This document shows positions 1 to 9,430 of a stretch of DNA of 64,000 bases, one piece after another. The stretch spans positions 522-64,521 of the forward strand of contig JBJMVK010000132.1 of NCBI GenBank assembly GCA_045810725.1, given 5' to 3'. The translations under genes and the position numbers were made by a program. Each line of letters begins with the position of its first letter. Positions within the stretch are counted from its first letter, which is position 1. The notes under the pieces are model-generated. The model was not told the DNA's origin, searched no databases, and saw only the letters and a program-made list of their open reading frames with translations. Source of the DNA: Sphingomonas sp. (lineage in GTDB: Bacteria; Pseudomonadota; Alphaproteobacteria; Sphingomonadales; Sphingomonadaceae).

Positions 1-559
1 GATCATGGTGGCCGTCGAACGGACCGTTGTAGATGCGCTTGGGCTCGAAGAAGATGACGGGATCGGGGTCTTCGATTGAAGCGATCAGGAGGCCCTTGGC
101 ATCATAGGGCGTCGAGGGGATGACGACCTTGAGGCCCGCGATGTGGGTGAAGAGCGATTCGGGTGACTGGCTGTGCGTCTGGCCACCGAAGATTCCGCCA
201 CCGTAAGGCGTACGGATCACCATTGGCATCGTCCACTCGGCCGCCGTTCGATAGCGGATCTTTGCGACCTCGCTGACGATCTGGTCGTAGCCGGGATAGA
301 TGTAGTCGGCGAACTGGATCTCGATGACGGGTTTGATGCCGTAGCAGGCCATGCCCACCGCGGTCGCGACGATACCGCCCTCGCTGATCGGAGCATCGAA
401 TACCCGGGTCTTGCCGAACTGCTTCTGGAGCCCTTCAGTGACCCGGAACACGCCCCCAAAATAGCCGACGTCCTCGCCGAACACGACGACGTCCTCGTCC
501 CGCGCCATCATGACCTTGTGCGCGTCGTTGAGCGCCTGGATCATGTTCAAGGCTGGCAT
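1..559 (-). CDS. bkdA2: Branched-chain alpha-ketoacid dehydrogenase E1 beta subunit (runs off window start)
   Basis: Manual translation from ATG at 559: [45 protein letters not shown]...[11 protein letters not shown]...[10 protein letters not shown]; TGATG coupling to the E1 alpha stop. Confidence 0.93.
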   Translation of the reverse strand, partial: MPALNMIQALNDAHKVMMARDEDVVVFGEDVGYFGGVFRVTEGLQKQFGKTRVFDAPISEGGIVATAVGMACYGIKPVIEIQFADYIYPGYDQIVSEVAKIRYRTAAEWTMPMVIRTPYGGGIFGGQTHSQSPESLFTHIAGLKVVIPSTPYDAKGLLIASIEDPDPVIFFEPKRIYNGPFDGHHD

Positions 560-1827
560 CAGTCGCGGCCCTCGCTGAGCGCGAGATCGCGCTGCTCGGC
601 GAGGTGCCAGGGCAGGTCGCAATAGACGTCTTCGAACATGCTCTCGATATCATCCTTGCCCTGTTGCGGCAGGATCCCGAGCTTTTCCGCTTCCTTCTGC
701 GCTGCACGGACTTCGGCGTCGCACTCCGCGCTCATCGCGGCGTGGCGATCCTCATCCCATTCGCCGATGCCAACGAGGTGCGCCTTCAGCCGCTCGATGG
801 GGTCGCCGAGCGGCCATGCTTTGGCTTCATTGGCGGGCCGGTAGCCGGACGGATCGTCTGACGTAGAATGGCCCTCGGCGCGATAGGTGAAGAACTCGAT
901 CAGCGTTGGTCCATCGTTCGACCGGGCACGCTCGGCAGCCCATCTTACCGCCGCAAAGACCGCGAGCGCGTCATTGCCGTCGACTCGAAGCCCGGCGATT
1001 CCGTATCCGATGGCGCGCTGAGCAAAGGTCGCTCGCTCGGCTCCAGCGATCCCCGAGAAGCTCGAGATCGCCCATTGGTTATTCACCGTCGCGAGGACGA
1101 CGGGGACGTTGTAAACCGCAGCGAAGGTCATCGCGCTGTGGAAATCACCCTCGGCCGTGGCTCCGTCGCCTACCCAGCCCATGGCGATGCGGCTGTCGCC
1201 CTTGATCGCGGCGCCCATCGCCCAGCCGACCGCCTGTGGGAACTGGGTCGCGAGATTGCCGGAGATCGAAAAGAAGCCGTGTGCCTTGTCCGAATACATG
1301 ATCGGCAACTGGCGGCCTTTGAGCTTGTCGCCTTTGTTAGAGTAGATCTGGCACATCATTTGCGTCAGCGGATACCCACGGGCGATGAGCAATCCTTGCT
1401 GGCGGTACGTCGGGAAATGCATGTCGTCACGGTCGAGCGCCGCGGCCGCGGCGACGGCGATCGCCTCCTCCCCGGTGCACTTCATGTAGAAGCTGGTCTT
1501 TCCCTGCCGCTGGGCGCGGTACATCCGGTCGTCGAAGATTCGCACGGTCACCATGTCGCGAAGCATCTTTCGCACACTGTCGGCGTCGAGTTCCGGGTCC
1601 CACGCTCCAATCGGCTTGTTGTCTTCGCCAAGCACTCGAACGAGCATTGTCGCCAATTGATTGGTCTCGGCAGCGGGAGCGCTGGTGTCGGGCCGAGGAG
1701 CCTCACCCGCACGAGGGATTCCAAGCGATGAAAAGTCGGGCGTGTCGCCGGGCCTCAAAGCGGGCTCGGGAACATGCAACGCGAGCCTGGGCGCGTTGCG
1801 GCGCAGTGATGGGTCCTTGTCGCTCAT
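559..1827 (-). CDS. bkdA1: Branched-chain alpha-ketoacid dehydrogenase E1 alpha subunit
   Basis: TPP motif [10 protein letters not shown]...VNNQWAIS and [16 protein letters not shown]; start placed at MSDKD (1827). Confidence 0.93.
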   Translation of the reverse strand: MSDKDPSLRRNAPRLALHVPEPALRPGDTPDFSSLGIPRAGEAPRPDTSAPAAETNQLATMLVRVLGEDNKPIGAWDPELDADSVRKMLRDMVTVRIFDDRMYRAQRQGKTSFYMKCTGEEAIAVAAAAALDRDDMHFPTYRQQGLLIARGYPLTQMMCQIYSNKGDKLKGRQLPIMYSDKAHGFFSISGNLATQFPQAVGWAMGAAIKGDSRIAMGWVGDGATAEGDFHSAMTFAAVYNVPVVLATVNNQWAISSFSGIAGAERATFAQRAIGYGIAGLRVDGNDALAVFAAVRWAAERARSNDGPTLIEFFTYRAEGHSTSDDPSGYRPANEAKAWPLGDPIERLKAHLVGIGEWDEDRHAAMSAECDAEVRAAQKEAEKLGILPQQGKDDIESMFEDVYCDLPWHLAEQRDLALSEGRD

Positions 1828-1977
1828 GTTGCGCGAGCGCTTAGTCCCGACTCGCCGACGCAGCAACTGCTCAAGTAAAGCTTGCTTTACACGGCCCAAG
1901 CCCGTCATCGCCTTTTGAGAAGCCGCTCATCGAAAAGCGCTTGGAGTGACCATGCGAGGAGCGCGAAGCTCTGTCGC

Positions 1978-2490
1978 ATGCCAAGGTCGTTCATGCTCGT
2001 AGCAGCGCTGCTCGCCGCGACGGCGACGCCAAGCCAGGTCTTTGCAGCGGACACAGTCTTTGTCATTCGGCACCTGCAGAAAGCGCAAGGGAGCGATCCG
2101 CCGCTGTCGGCCGAAGGCGCCGCGAACGCGCAGGCGCTCGCCGGCATGCTCGCAAGGAGCGGGATCAGGGCGATATTCGCAACACCGACGCGGCGCGCGA
2201 TGCAGACGGCCGAGCCGTTGGCGACGAAGCTCGCAATCAAGGTGACAAGCTACGATCCGGCCCGCCCCGAAGCCCTTGCGGCAGCAGTAGGCGCAATCCC
2301 TGGCGCGGTCCTAATCGTCGGCCACAGCAATACCGTGCCCGATCTCGTCGCACGATTGGGAGGCAAGGGGCCGGTCAGCGTCGGCGAGCAGGACTACGGC
2401 ACGGTGTTCGTCGTTACCAGCGACGGCACCGTCAGTCAGGTCAAGGTGCAGCGCGTGCCCTCAGTTGCGGGTCCCGGAGGCGCTGGCTAA
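1978..2490 (+). CDS. Secreted histidine phosphatase superfamily protein (SixA/PGM-like)
   Basis: Signal peptide, VIRH motif, RAMQTA, VGHSNTVP. Confidence 0.8.
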   Translation: MPRSFMLVAALLAATATPSQVFAADTVFVIRHLQKAQGSDPPLSAEGAANAQALAGMLARSGIRAIFATPTRRAMQTAEPLATKLAIKVTSYDPARPEALAAAVGAIPGAVLIVGHSNTVPDLVARLGGKGPVSVGEQDYGTVFVVTSDGTVSQVKVQRVPSVAGPGGAG

Positions 2491-2499
2491 GGCGCGGCC

Positions 2500-2790
2500 A
2501 TGGCCGATCAGAACAGTGACATCCCGCCCGACCGCCTCTCGCTCGATCCCAGCAGCGATTTTTTCGACGAGGCGCTGCTTTCGCGCGGCGTCGGGATAAG
2601 GTTCAACGGCCAGGAAAAGACCAACGTCATCGAATATTCGATCTCAGAGGGCTGGATCCGTATTGCCGCCGGACGGAGCCGCGATCGCTATGGCCAGCCG
2701 ATGACGATCAAGCTTCAGGGCACAGTCGAGCCATATTTCGAGGACCGGCCTGAAGGCGAAGCTCAGGACGGCGAGGCGTCCGAAGGATAA
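2500..2790 (+). CDS. DUF3297-like conserved protein
   Basis: PDRLS...GVGIRFNGQEKTNVIEYSISEGWIR...KLQGTVEPYF pattern. Confidence 0.7.
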   Translation: MADQNSDIPPDRLSLDPSSDFFDEALLSRGVGIRFNGQEKTNVIEYSISEGWIRIAAGRSRDRYGQPMTIKLQGTVEPYFEDRPEGEAQDGEASEG

Positions 2791-2978
2791 ACGGCGCCTG
2801 CCCGCCGCCTGCCGCGCCATTTCCTGAACGCCCAGCCGCCTAACGCGACCGCGGCGAGCGTCGGTACGCTGCGCCTTGCAAGAGCTGCAGCCCCATAGCC
2901 GAGCATCGCGCCCTTGGCGCCTTCATGTTCACCCGCGACCTTGCCGCCCAGCCACGCACCGATGAGCTTCCCGATCAT
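2763..2978 (-). CDS. Small Gly/Ala-rich membrane-associated hypothetical protein (71 aa)
   Basis: MIGKLIGAWLGG...; AGGAG RBS at 2986-2990; glycine-zipper-like composition. Confidence 0.7.
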   Translation of the reverse strand: MIGKLIGAWLGGKVAGEHEGAKGAMLGYGAAALARRSVPTLAAVALGGWAFRKWRGRRRAGAVYPSDASPS

Positions 2979-3009
2979 CCCTGATCTCCTTGATTTGTCC
3001 TGGCGTAAA

Positions 3010-3035
3010 AGCGCTGGGCTGGCGGCGAATGTTCC
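3010..3035 (-). promoter_or_regulatory. Possible EcfG (general stress sigma) promoter for the 2978 ORF
   Basis: Minus strand GGAAC-N17-CGCT, one mismatch to GGAAC-N16/17-CGTT. Confidence 0.35.
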
Positions 3036-3045
3036 CAATGTGGCC

Positions 3046-3085
3046 TTGGCGGAATGTGCCAAGTCTTGGTCGCAAAATGCACCAA
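3046..3085. promoter_or_regulatory. Two inverted repeats, candidate upstream activator (PspF-type) sites
   Basis: TTGGC-N7-GCCAA (3046-3062) and TTGGT-N10-ACCAA (3066-3085) upstream of the sigma54 motif. Confidence 0.45.
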
Positions 3086-3125
3086 CCTTGGGCACAGCCC
3101 GGCACTTTTCCGCAGTTTTCCGGGA

Positions 3126-3142
3126 TTGGCACACTCCTTGAT
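3126..3142 (+). promoter_or_regulatory. Sigma54 (-24/-12) promoter of psp operon
   Basis: TTGGCACACTCCTTGAT: GG-N10-GA, variant -12; psp operons are classically sigma54-dependent. Confidence 0.7.
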
Positions 3143-3193
3143 TAGCTATTGGGGTCGGTCCTCGAACCAGGGGCCGGAAAAAGGAGAGATCAA

Positions 3194-3331
3194 ATGTCGT
3201 CGCAATCGCCATTCACCCGAACCCTCGTCGCGATCGCAGCAGCGCTCGCAATGAGCACCCTTGCGATCGGCGCGGCCGTCGGCCCCGCCCAAGCGAATGC
3301 CAGCACCATGAAGGTCTCCGTCAATGCCTGA
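3194..3331 (+). CDS. 45-aa signal-peptide-like leader ORF of psp operon
   Basis: AAGGAG RBS at 3181; hydrophobic core and AQA cleavage motif; overlaps pspA start (ATGCCTGA). Confidence 0.65.
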   Translation: MSSQSPFTRTLVAIAAALAMSTLAIGAAVGPAQANASTMKVSVNA

Positions 3332-4097
3332 ACTTGAAGTCCTTGAAGCAAGGGTCCCGGTCCGCACGCCTCGACTGATCGAGGTCGAGACCGAGCCGAA
3401 GAGCGGGCGTTTCGCCCCCGTCGCCGGCTGGCTCAGCGGTCCCGTGTTCAGCCGCGCCCGTGACATCTTCGCGGCGAACATGACCGAGCTTCTCGACCGG
3501 GCAGAAGACCCGGCGCGGATGATCCGAATGATCATCATGGAGATGGAAGAAACGCTGGTCGACGTCCGTGCAACAGCGGCCCGTTCGATCGCCGACATCA
3601 AGGAGATGGGACGCGCGGTCACGAGGCTCGACGAGCTCCAGTCCGATTGGACGGCCAAGGCCGAGCTGGCGCTCAGCAAGGACCGTGAGGACCTCGCCAA
3701 ATCGGCACTCGTCGAAAGGCAGAAGGCCGGCGAAATGGCTGACAGCCTCCGCGGCGAGCTCGACCAGATGGAGCAGCTGCTTCGCGGCTACGAGGCCGAT
3801 ATCGGCAAGCTCCAGGCAAAGCTGCGCGAGGCTCGCGCCCGCCAGAACGCCATTGCAGCACGCTTCGAAAGCGCCGTGACACGGGCCAAGGCTCGCGAGG
3901 CGATACACGGAAGCCGCACGCTCGATGCGTTCGCCAAGTTCGAGCTGCTCGAGCGCCACGCCGACTTCGCTGAAGGCCGCTGCGAGGCGCTGGGGATCAG
4001 CAGCCTTGAAGACGAGATTGACCAGCTGAATGCGTCCGACGCGATCGACGCCGAGCTCGAGGCAATGAAGGCCGCGCTGAAGACGCGAGTGAACTGA
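3324..4097 (+). CDS. pspA: Phage shock protein A (PspA/IM30 family)
   Basis: FSRARDIFAANMTELLDRAEDPARMIRMII...; coiled coil; start may instead be GTG near 3444. Confidence 0.92.
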   Translation: MPELEVLEARVPVRTPRLIEVETEPKSGRFAPVAGWLSGPVFSRARDIFAANMTELLDRAEDPARMIRMIIMEMEETLVDVRATAARSIADIKEMGRAVTRLDELQSDWTAKAELALSKDREDLAKSALVERQKAGEMADSLRGELDQMEQLLRGYEADIGKLQAKLREARARQNAIAARFESAVTRAKAREAIHGSRTLDAFAKFELLERHADFAEGRCEALGISSLEDEIDQLNASDAIDAELEAMKAALKTRVN

Positions 4098-4114
4098 CGG
4101 AAGGCAAGGGGAAT

Positions 4115-4519
4115 ATGACGATGGCACGCAAGATTTACCCATATTCGCTCGATCGCAAGGACGCGAAGATCGCGGGTGTCTGCTCGACGCTCGGCGGGAT
4201 CAGTGGGATCGACCCGACGTTCATCAGAATCGCTTTCGTAGCCGCGGCGATCTTCCTCAGCTTCAAGCTGACGCTGCTCGCTTATTGCGGCATCGGCATC
4301 TACCTCGCGGTCCAGAAGAAGAAGTCGACCCTCAGCGACAGCCGCATGAGCGACTTCGACCGAATGGACCTCGTCTCGAAGCGCAAGCCGACCGTGCACG
4401 CGATGCGCACCGAGCTCGACGGGACCGACCGCCGGCTGATGGCGATCGATCATCACATCAACAGTCAGAATGAAGAGCTGGCGCGCGAGATCGAAGCGCT
4501 CCGCCGGGAGGAGAAGTGA
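4115..4519 (+). CDS. pspC: PspC-domain protein
   Basis: DRKDAKIAGVC...DPTFIRI PspC N-terminal motif, TM helix, C-terminal ELAREIEALR. Confidence 0.85.
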   Translation: MTMARKIYPYSLDRKDAKIAGVCSTLGGISGIDPTFIRIAFVAAAIFLSFKLTLLAYCGIGIYLAVQKKKSTLSDSRMSDFDRMDLVSKRKPTVHAMRTELDGTDRRLMAIDHHINSQNEELAREIEALRREEK

Positions 4520-4749
4520 TGGAACCGCTGACGCTTGTAGTGCTGAGTGCGAGTATCATCGTCGGGTTTGTCGGGATTAGCCTGGCGGCGCTGAGAGCCT
4601 GGAACGGCTGGCTGGAGCTCAAGAAGATGGAGCTGAGCCAGTTCGCAGGCGAGCGGGGCCTGCCGCCCGCGACCGGCCGGATCGAAATGGCGGATCTGAG
4701 GGAAAGGGTCCGTAAGCTGGAAGCCATCGCAGCCGGAATCGACATCTAA
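4516..4749 (+). CDS. Small single-TM protein, PspB-like
   Basis: N-terminal TM plus LRERVRKLEAIA coiled coil; GTGA coupling with pspC. Confidence 0.65.
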   Translation: MMEPLTLVVLSASIIVGFVGISLAALRAWNGWLELKKMELSQFAGERGLPPATGRIEMADLRERVRKLEAIAAGIDI

Positions 4750-4788
4750 TTCCCCCAGCGCGCTTTGCTCCCCAGACGCGCTGCCACG

Positions 4789-4831
4789 AGAGGCGGTCCG
4801 GATCCCCTTCCCGGACCGCCTCTTTTCTTTT
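4789..4831 (+). terminator. Intrinsic terminator of psp operon
   Basis: 13-bp stem AGAGGCGGTCCGG/CCGGACCGCCTCT followed by T-rich tract. Confidence 0.85.
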
Positions 4832-4834
4832 GAC

Positions 4835-5185
4835 CTAGAGCTTCAACCCGAATCTCGGACCCGCCCAGGTCATCAAGAGATAGAGCGTGATGGTGAGCGC
4901 GCAGCCGATTGCAAGCGACGCCCAGAACCCGGCGCCGCTGCGAAGCAGTGCGGGCATCAGGAGGAACATCGGCAGCGAGGGAAGAACGAACCAGAAGGTC
5001 GCTTCGACATGAGCGGCCATGTTGGGGACGTCGGGCTTGTCGTGCCAAAGCCACATCATGCCCAGCACAGAGACGAGTGGAAGCGAAGCGATCAAGGCCC
5101 CGAAGCCGGGATAGCGTTTGGCGACTTCCGAGACGATGGCGATGAGGATCCCTGAAAGCGCGGCCTTGATCGCGAGGTAAAGCAT
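4835..5185 (-). CDS. DUF3147-like membrane protein
   Basis: IKAALSG...SEVAKRYPGFGALIASLPLVS...FWFVLPSLPMF; about 4 TM. Confidence 0.8.
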   Translation of the reverse strand: MLYLAIKAALSGILIAIVSEVAKRYPGFGALIASLPLVSVLGMMWLWHDKPDVPNMAAHVEATFWFVLPSLPMFLLMPALLRSGAGFWASLAIGCALTITLYLLMTWAGPRFGLKL

Positions 5186-5317
5186 TGGGTTGGTCCTGAA
5201 TTAGGGCTTTGCCGAAGCATTGGCCGTTAGCCGATCAAGCGTGGTTTTGAATATGAGGAGCGTCTCCCGCATCCTCGAAACGCCCCGCCGCGTGTCGAAG
5301 GCAATTTTTTGGGCGCC

Positions 5318-5349
5318 TTGACTCTGTACCATGGTACGCAGGGTATGGG
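5318..5349 (+). promoter_or_regulatory. MerR-family metal-responsive promoter/operator
   Basis: TTGACT -35 immediately followed by dyad CTGTACC-AT-GGTACGCAG; -10 weak. Confidence 0.6.
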
Positions 5350-5391
5350 GCGGCTGCCCCTCGCTCGAGGCGTCGCACGAAGGAGCAGCTC

Positions 5392-6930
5392 TTGTTTCCC
5401 CCTTTTCTTGTCGCCGGGCTTGCCGCCATTGCTGGACCGTCATTCGCCCAGTCCATGCCGATGAACATGCCTGGCATGACGATGCCGATGCCCGCGCAAA
5501 AAGCGCCAAAGAAAACCCAGAGGAAAATTTCGAAGAAGGGCACCGCGCCGAAGGCCGGGAGGGCGAAAGACCCTGGCCTTGAGCACGAGGCCCACCCCGT
5601 GCCTCCCCAGGGACCGATCGAAACCCCCGCGCCTACGCCCACGGAGCAGGCAAAAACGGCGCCGGGCCGAGCGCCCATGCAGATGCCGCAGCAAGCGCCG
5701 ACAGAAGGTGGCGAAGCGTCGCTCCAGATGCCGATGGGCCCGATGCAGATGGACGGGCGCGCCAGTCACCCGATGGCGATGTCGGGCGCTTTTGGCCGCT
5801 ATCTTGAAGAGCGCGAGACATCGGGGACTGCATGGCAGCCCGATTCGTCGCGCCACGCCGGGCTTATGGCCATGAGAGGCGACTGGACGCTGATGGCGCA
5901 CGGGCTCCTCAATCTCGTCTACGATCACCAGTCCGGGCCTCGAGGGGGCAACAAGGCCTTCGCGAGCGGCATGCTGATGGGCATGGCGCGGCGGCCTCTT
6001 GGACAGGGAACGCTGCAGCTGAAAGCAATGGTCAGCCCCGATCCGTTCATGGGAGCGAGCGGCTATCCTTTGTTGCTCGCGAGTGGCGAGACGGCGAACG
6101 GCCGCGATCGGCTAGTCGACCGCCAGCACCCGCATGATTTTTTCATGGAGCTCTCGGGTTCGGTGTCGCAGGACATCGGCCGAACCAGCAGCATCTTCCT
6201 CTACGCGGGGCTACCCGGCGAGCCCGCGTTCGGCCCGCCCGCATTCATGCACAGGGAATCGATTCTCGATTCGCCCGAGGCGCCGATCACCCACCATTGG
6301 CTCGACTCGACGCACATCACTTTCGGAGTGGTGACGGCGGGCCTGGTGCTCGATCGTCTCAAACTCGACGCGAGCCGATTCAACGCGCGTGAGCCCGATC
6401 AGCACCGGTGGAACATCGAGGCGGGACCGCTCGATTCGACCTCGATTCGCCTATCCTGGAACCCTAGTCGAACGCTTGCGCTGCAGGGCAGCTGGGCGCG
6501 TCTCAAAGATCCCGAGCAATTGGAACCGGGGGTGGATCAGGAACGGTGGTCGGCGAGCGCGCTATGGGCAGGCGAGTTCGGGCCGGCCTGGCACGCCGCC
6601 GCCACCATCGCCTGGGGACGCAAGTCGAGCGAGGGGCACACGGATGACGCCGTTGCCGCCGAAGCTTCGCTGAAGCACGGCCCTTGGACGATCTTTTCCC
6701 GCGCGGAGTGGACCGAGAACAGGGAGCTACTGGGACTTGTCGACAGCCCCGCCTTCCGTGTCGGCAAGATCTCGGTCGGTGCGATACGCGACTTTGCCAT
6801 TGCCCGTCATCTGTCGTTCGGTGCGGGTGGCCTCCTTGCCCTGGATTTCGTGCCGGAGGCGCTCCATCCGCTGTACGGCAGCGGCAGTCCAACGGGAGCG
6901 ATGGGCTTCGTCCGTCTCAAACTCGATTGA
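5392..6930 (+). CDS. Exported, probably outer-membrane protein with Met/Pro-rich N-terminus, putative metal-related
   Basis: AGGAG RBS plus TTG start, signal peptide, MPMNMPGMTMPMP, DRQHPHDFFMEL, HHWLDSTH, beta-strand-like C-terminus. Confidence 0.75.
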   Translation: MFPPFLVAGLAAIAGPSFAQSMPMNMPGMTMPMPAQKAPKKTQRKISKKGTAPKAGRAKDPGLEHEAHPVPPQGPIETPAPTPTEQAKTAPGRAPMQMPQQAPTEGGEASLQMPMGPMQMDGRASHPMAMSGAFGRYLEERETSGTAWQPDSSRHAGLMAMRGDWTLMAHGLLNLVYDHQSGPRGGNKAFASGMLMGMARRPLGQGTLQLKAMVSPDPFMGASGYPLLLASGETANGRDRLVDRQHPHDFFMELSGSVSQDIGRTSSIFLYAGLPGEPAFGPPAFMHRESILDSPEAPITHHWLDSTHITFGVVTAGLVLDRLKLDASRFNAREPDQHRWNIEAGPLDSTSIRLSWNPSRTLALQGSWARLKDPEQLEPGVDQERWSASALWAGEFGPAWHAAATIAWGRKSSEGHTDDAVAAEASLKHGPWTIFSRAEWTENRELLGLVDSPAFRVGKISVGAIRDFAIARHLSFGAGGLLALDFVPEALHPLYGSGSPTGAMGFVRLKLD

Positions 6931-6979
6931 TCTCATGAGGCGAGGTTTGAACTCGGCGGCCGGCCTCGGCTAGGGCTTC

Positions 6980-7882
6980 GTGGTGCACGCCCACACCCAT
7001 TCCCACGACCATTCCCAAAGCGAGGTGAGCTTCGGTCGAGCTTTCGCGATCGGCATTGCGCTCAACACGGGCTTCGTGGTGGCGGAAGTCGTTTTCGGCT
7101 TTCTCGCAAACTCCATGTCGCTGCTCGCCGACGCCGGGCACAACCTCTCCGATGTCCTCGGTCTCGTTCTCGCCTGGACCGCCGCGATCATGGCGCGCCG
7201 CGCCGCTCCGCCGCGGTTCACCTACGGCTTCAAGAAGGCACCGATCCTCGCTGCGCTCGCCAATTCGCTGCTACTGATCATCGCTGTCGGAGCGATCGGG
7301 GCCGAGGCTGTACGAAGGCTGTTCCATCCCGCCGCTACCGTGGGCGCAATGGTCACCATTGTCGCTGCTGTGGGCATCCTCATCAACGGCGCGACGGCCT
7401 TGCTCTTTGCCCGCGGCCGCGAGCGCGACCTCAATGTCCAGGGCGCCTACCTGCACATGGCGGCCGACGCGCTGGTGTCGCTGGCGGTCGTGGTCGCCGG
7501 CCTCGTCATCCTCTGGACGGGACAGCAATGGGTCGATCCGGCGATGAGCCTCGCCGTCGCGATCGTAATCTTGTGGAGCGGCGTCGGCCTTCTCAAGGAA
7601 TCCGTCTGGATGACGCTCGCGGGCGTGCCCAAGGGCATCGACGTCGACGAGGTCGCCGTCGCCCTTTCCGAGCTCGACGGCGTGGACGCGGTGCACGACC
7701 TCCACATCTGGCCGCTGAGCACGACCGAGACCGCACTTACGGCGCACATCGTCACGCAGCAGGCGGACGATTGCGACAAGCTGTTGGAAAATGCCCGGCT
7801 GCTCCTTCACGAGCGGTTCCATATCGAGCACTGCACGATCCAGGTCGAACGTCACCATCCTTCCCACCACAGTGATTGTTAG
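6980..7882 (+). CDS. Cation diffusion facilitator (CzcD/ZitB-like)
   Basis: His-rich termini, LLADAGHNLSD, YLHMAAD, VHDLHIW, HCTIQVE. Confidence 0.92.
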   Translation: MVHAHTHSHDHSQSEVSFGRAFAIGIALNTGFVVAEVVFGFLANSMSLLADAGHNLSDVLGLVLAWTAAIMARRAAPPRFTYGFKKAPILAALANSLLLIIAVGAIGAEAVRRLFHPAATVGAMVTIVAAVGILINGATALLFARGRERDLNVQGAYLHMAADALVSLAVVVAGLVILWTGQQWVDPAMSLAVAIVILWSGVGLLKESVWMTLAGVPKGIDVDEVAVALSELDGVDAVHDLHIWPLSTTETALTAHIVTQQADDCDKLLENARLLLHERFHIEHCTIQVERHHPSHHSDC

Positions 7883-7885
7883 CTC

Positions 7886-9082
7886 ATGAATGTAACCCAC
7901 CTCGAATGCTCGCTGACAGGCGAGCATTATGAAGCCGGCCGGCCGCACAACCTCAGCAAGGCGGGAAAGCCGCTCCTGGTGCGCTACGATCTTGAAGCGG
8001 CGAAACGGACGCTCACCCGAGACAGCCTGGCTGCCCGCACTTCGGGGATGTGGAAGTGGCGCGAGCTGCTCCCTTACGACGGCGAGCCGGTAAGCCTCGG
8101 CGAATCGCAAACGCCGATCGTCGGCTTGCCGGGAATCGGTGCTCGGGAGGGTGCCTCGGCTCCGCTCGTGAAGGATGAGGGGAGGCTTCCAACGGGTTCG
8201 TTCAAGGCGCGCGGACTAGCTATGGCGGTGACCATGGCGAAGCAGTTCGGGATCGAGCGGGTCGCCATGCCTACGAACGGCAATGCCGGCGCCGCGCTTG
8301 CGGCCTACGGCGCCCGAGCGGGCATTCATACGATCGTCATCTGCCCCGCAGAGACGCCCGCGATCAACCTGACCGAGACCGCCGCCTACGGCGCCCGGGT
8401 CTATGTCGCGGACGGTCAGATCGACGAATGCGGGGCGCTCGTCGGCAAGGGCGCCGCAGAAGGGCGCTGGTTCGACTTTTCAACGTTGAAGGAGCCCTAT
8501 CGGATCGAGGGCAAGAAGACGATGGGACTGGAGCTTGCGGAGCAGTTCGACTGGGAGCTGCCTGACGCGATCTTCTATCCGACCGGGGGCGGCACCGGGC
8601 TGATCGGAATGTGGAAAGCGTTCGACGAGCTGGAGGCGATCGGCTTCATCGGCCCGAAGCGACCCCGGATGTACGCGGTCCAGGCCGAAGGCTGCGCGCC
8701 AATCGTCCGCGCGTTCGAGCTGGGCGAGGAGTTCGCGCAGCGATGGGAGCATGCCGCCACCATCGCCACCGGGATCCGAGTGCCGAAGGCCGTCGGCGAT
8801 TTCCTCATCCTGAGGGCCCTTCGCGAGAGCGGCGGCGGGGCGATTTCCGTTTCCGACGAAGCAATCGTCGAGGCTGTTGAGGATTCGGCTCGGGAGGACG
8901 GGTTCCTGTTCTGCCCCGAAGGCGGAGCAGTGGTGGCCGCGTGGCGGAAGGCATTGCGCGACGGGCTCGTCGCGAAGGAGGAGCGCGTGCTGCTGTTCAA
9001 TTGCGCGAACGGCAACAAATACCCGCTGCCGGACCGCTCGAAGAGATTGAAGCTTGGCGAGGCGAGGCCCGAAGCGCTCTAG
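7886..9082 (+). CDS. thrC: Threonine synthase (PLP fold II)
   Basis: LPTGSFKARG PLP-lysine, YRIEGKKTMG, YPTGGGTG. Confidence 0.85.
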   Translation: MNVTHLECSLTGEHYEAGRPHNLSKAGKPLLVRYDLEAAKRTLTRDSLAARTSGMWKWRELLPYDGEPVSLGESQTPIVGLPGIGAREGASAPLVKDEGRLPTGSFKARGLAMAVTMAKQFGIERVAMPTNGNAGAALAAYGARAGIHTIVICPAETPAINLTETAAYGARVYVADGQIDECGALVGKGAAEGRWFDFSTLKEPYRIEGKKTMGLELAEQFDWELPDAIFYPTGGGTGLIGMWKAFDELEAIGFIGPKRPRMYAVQAEGCAPIVRAFELGEEFAQRWEHAATIATGIRVPKAVGDFLILRALRESGGGAISVSDEAIVEAVEDSAREDGFLFCPEGGAVVAAWRKALRDGLVAKEERVLLFNCANGNKYPLPDRSKRLKLGEARPEAL

Positions 9083-9096
9083 CCCACATACGAGTA

Positions 9097-9124
9097 GCCC
9101 CGGCAGGTTTGACCCTGCCGGGGC
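9097..9124. terminator. GC-rich hairpin after thrC, probable terminator
   Basis: 11-bp perfect stem GCCCCGGCAGG/CCTGCCGGGGC; no clean U-tract. Confidence 0.5.
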
Positions 9125-9281
9125 ACCATGCTTCGTTTGTCTTTCGACTCCGGAAGCACCAAACAACAATAGCCGATTCTGCTGCCGGCGCGAGTCAAAA
9201 AACGCCGGCGCGACAACAAAGTTGTGGACGGAGCAGTGGACGACTCGGTGGGTAACCTGTCGCGACTCGTGGTGCTGCCTC

Positions 9282-9320
9282 AAAAGAAGAGCCCCGACAC
9301 GCTCTCGCGTGACGGGGCTC
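9282..9320 (-). terminator. Intrinsic terminator on minus strand
   Basis: GAGCCCCGTCACGC-loop-GCGTGTCGGGGCTC then TTCTTTT. Confidence 0.75.
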
Positions 9321-9424
9321 CCATGCTCCTGATCCAGTGATCCGCGCCATCAACGAAGCCGATCCGCAGGCCTTTCAGCCCGGGTTCCGCCGCGGAGACG
9401 CGAGTCGTCGGTTCCGAAGCACGT
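9282..9424 (-). ncRNA. Candidate ~140-nt EcfG-dependent small RNA
   Basis: Bounded by a consensus EcfG promoter and an intrinsic terminator, no convincing ORF; 5' end approximate. Confidence 0.5.
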
Positions 9425-9430
9425 GGATAG

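Noticed and set aside
9280-9324. 14-aa minus-strand ORF MGAPSRESVSGLFF after AGGAGC
   Set aside because: RBS spacing too short and the ORF coincides with the terminator hairpin; a dual-function RNA is not fully excluded
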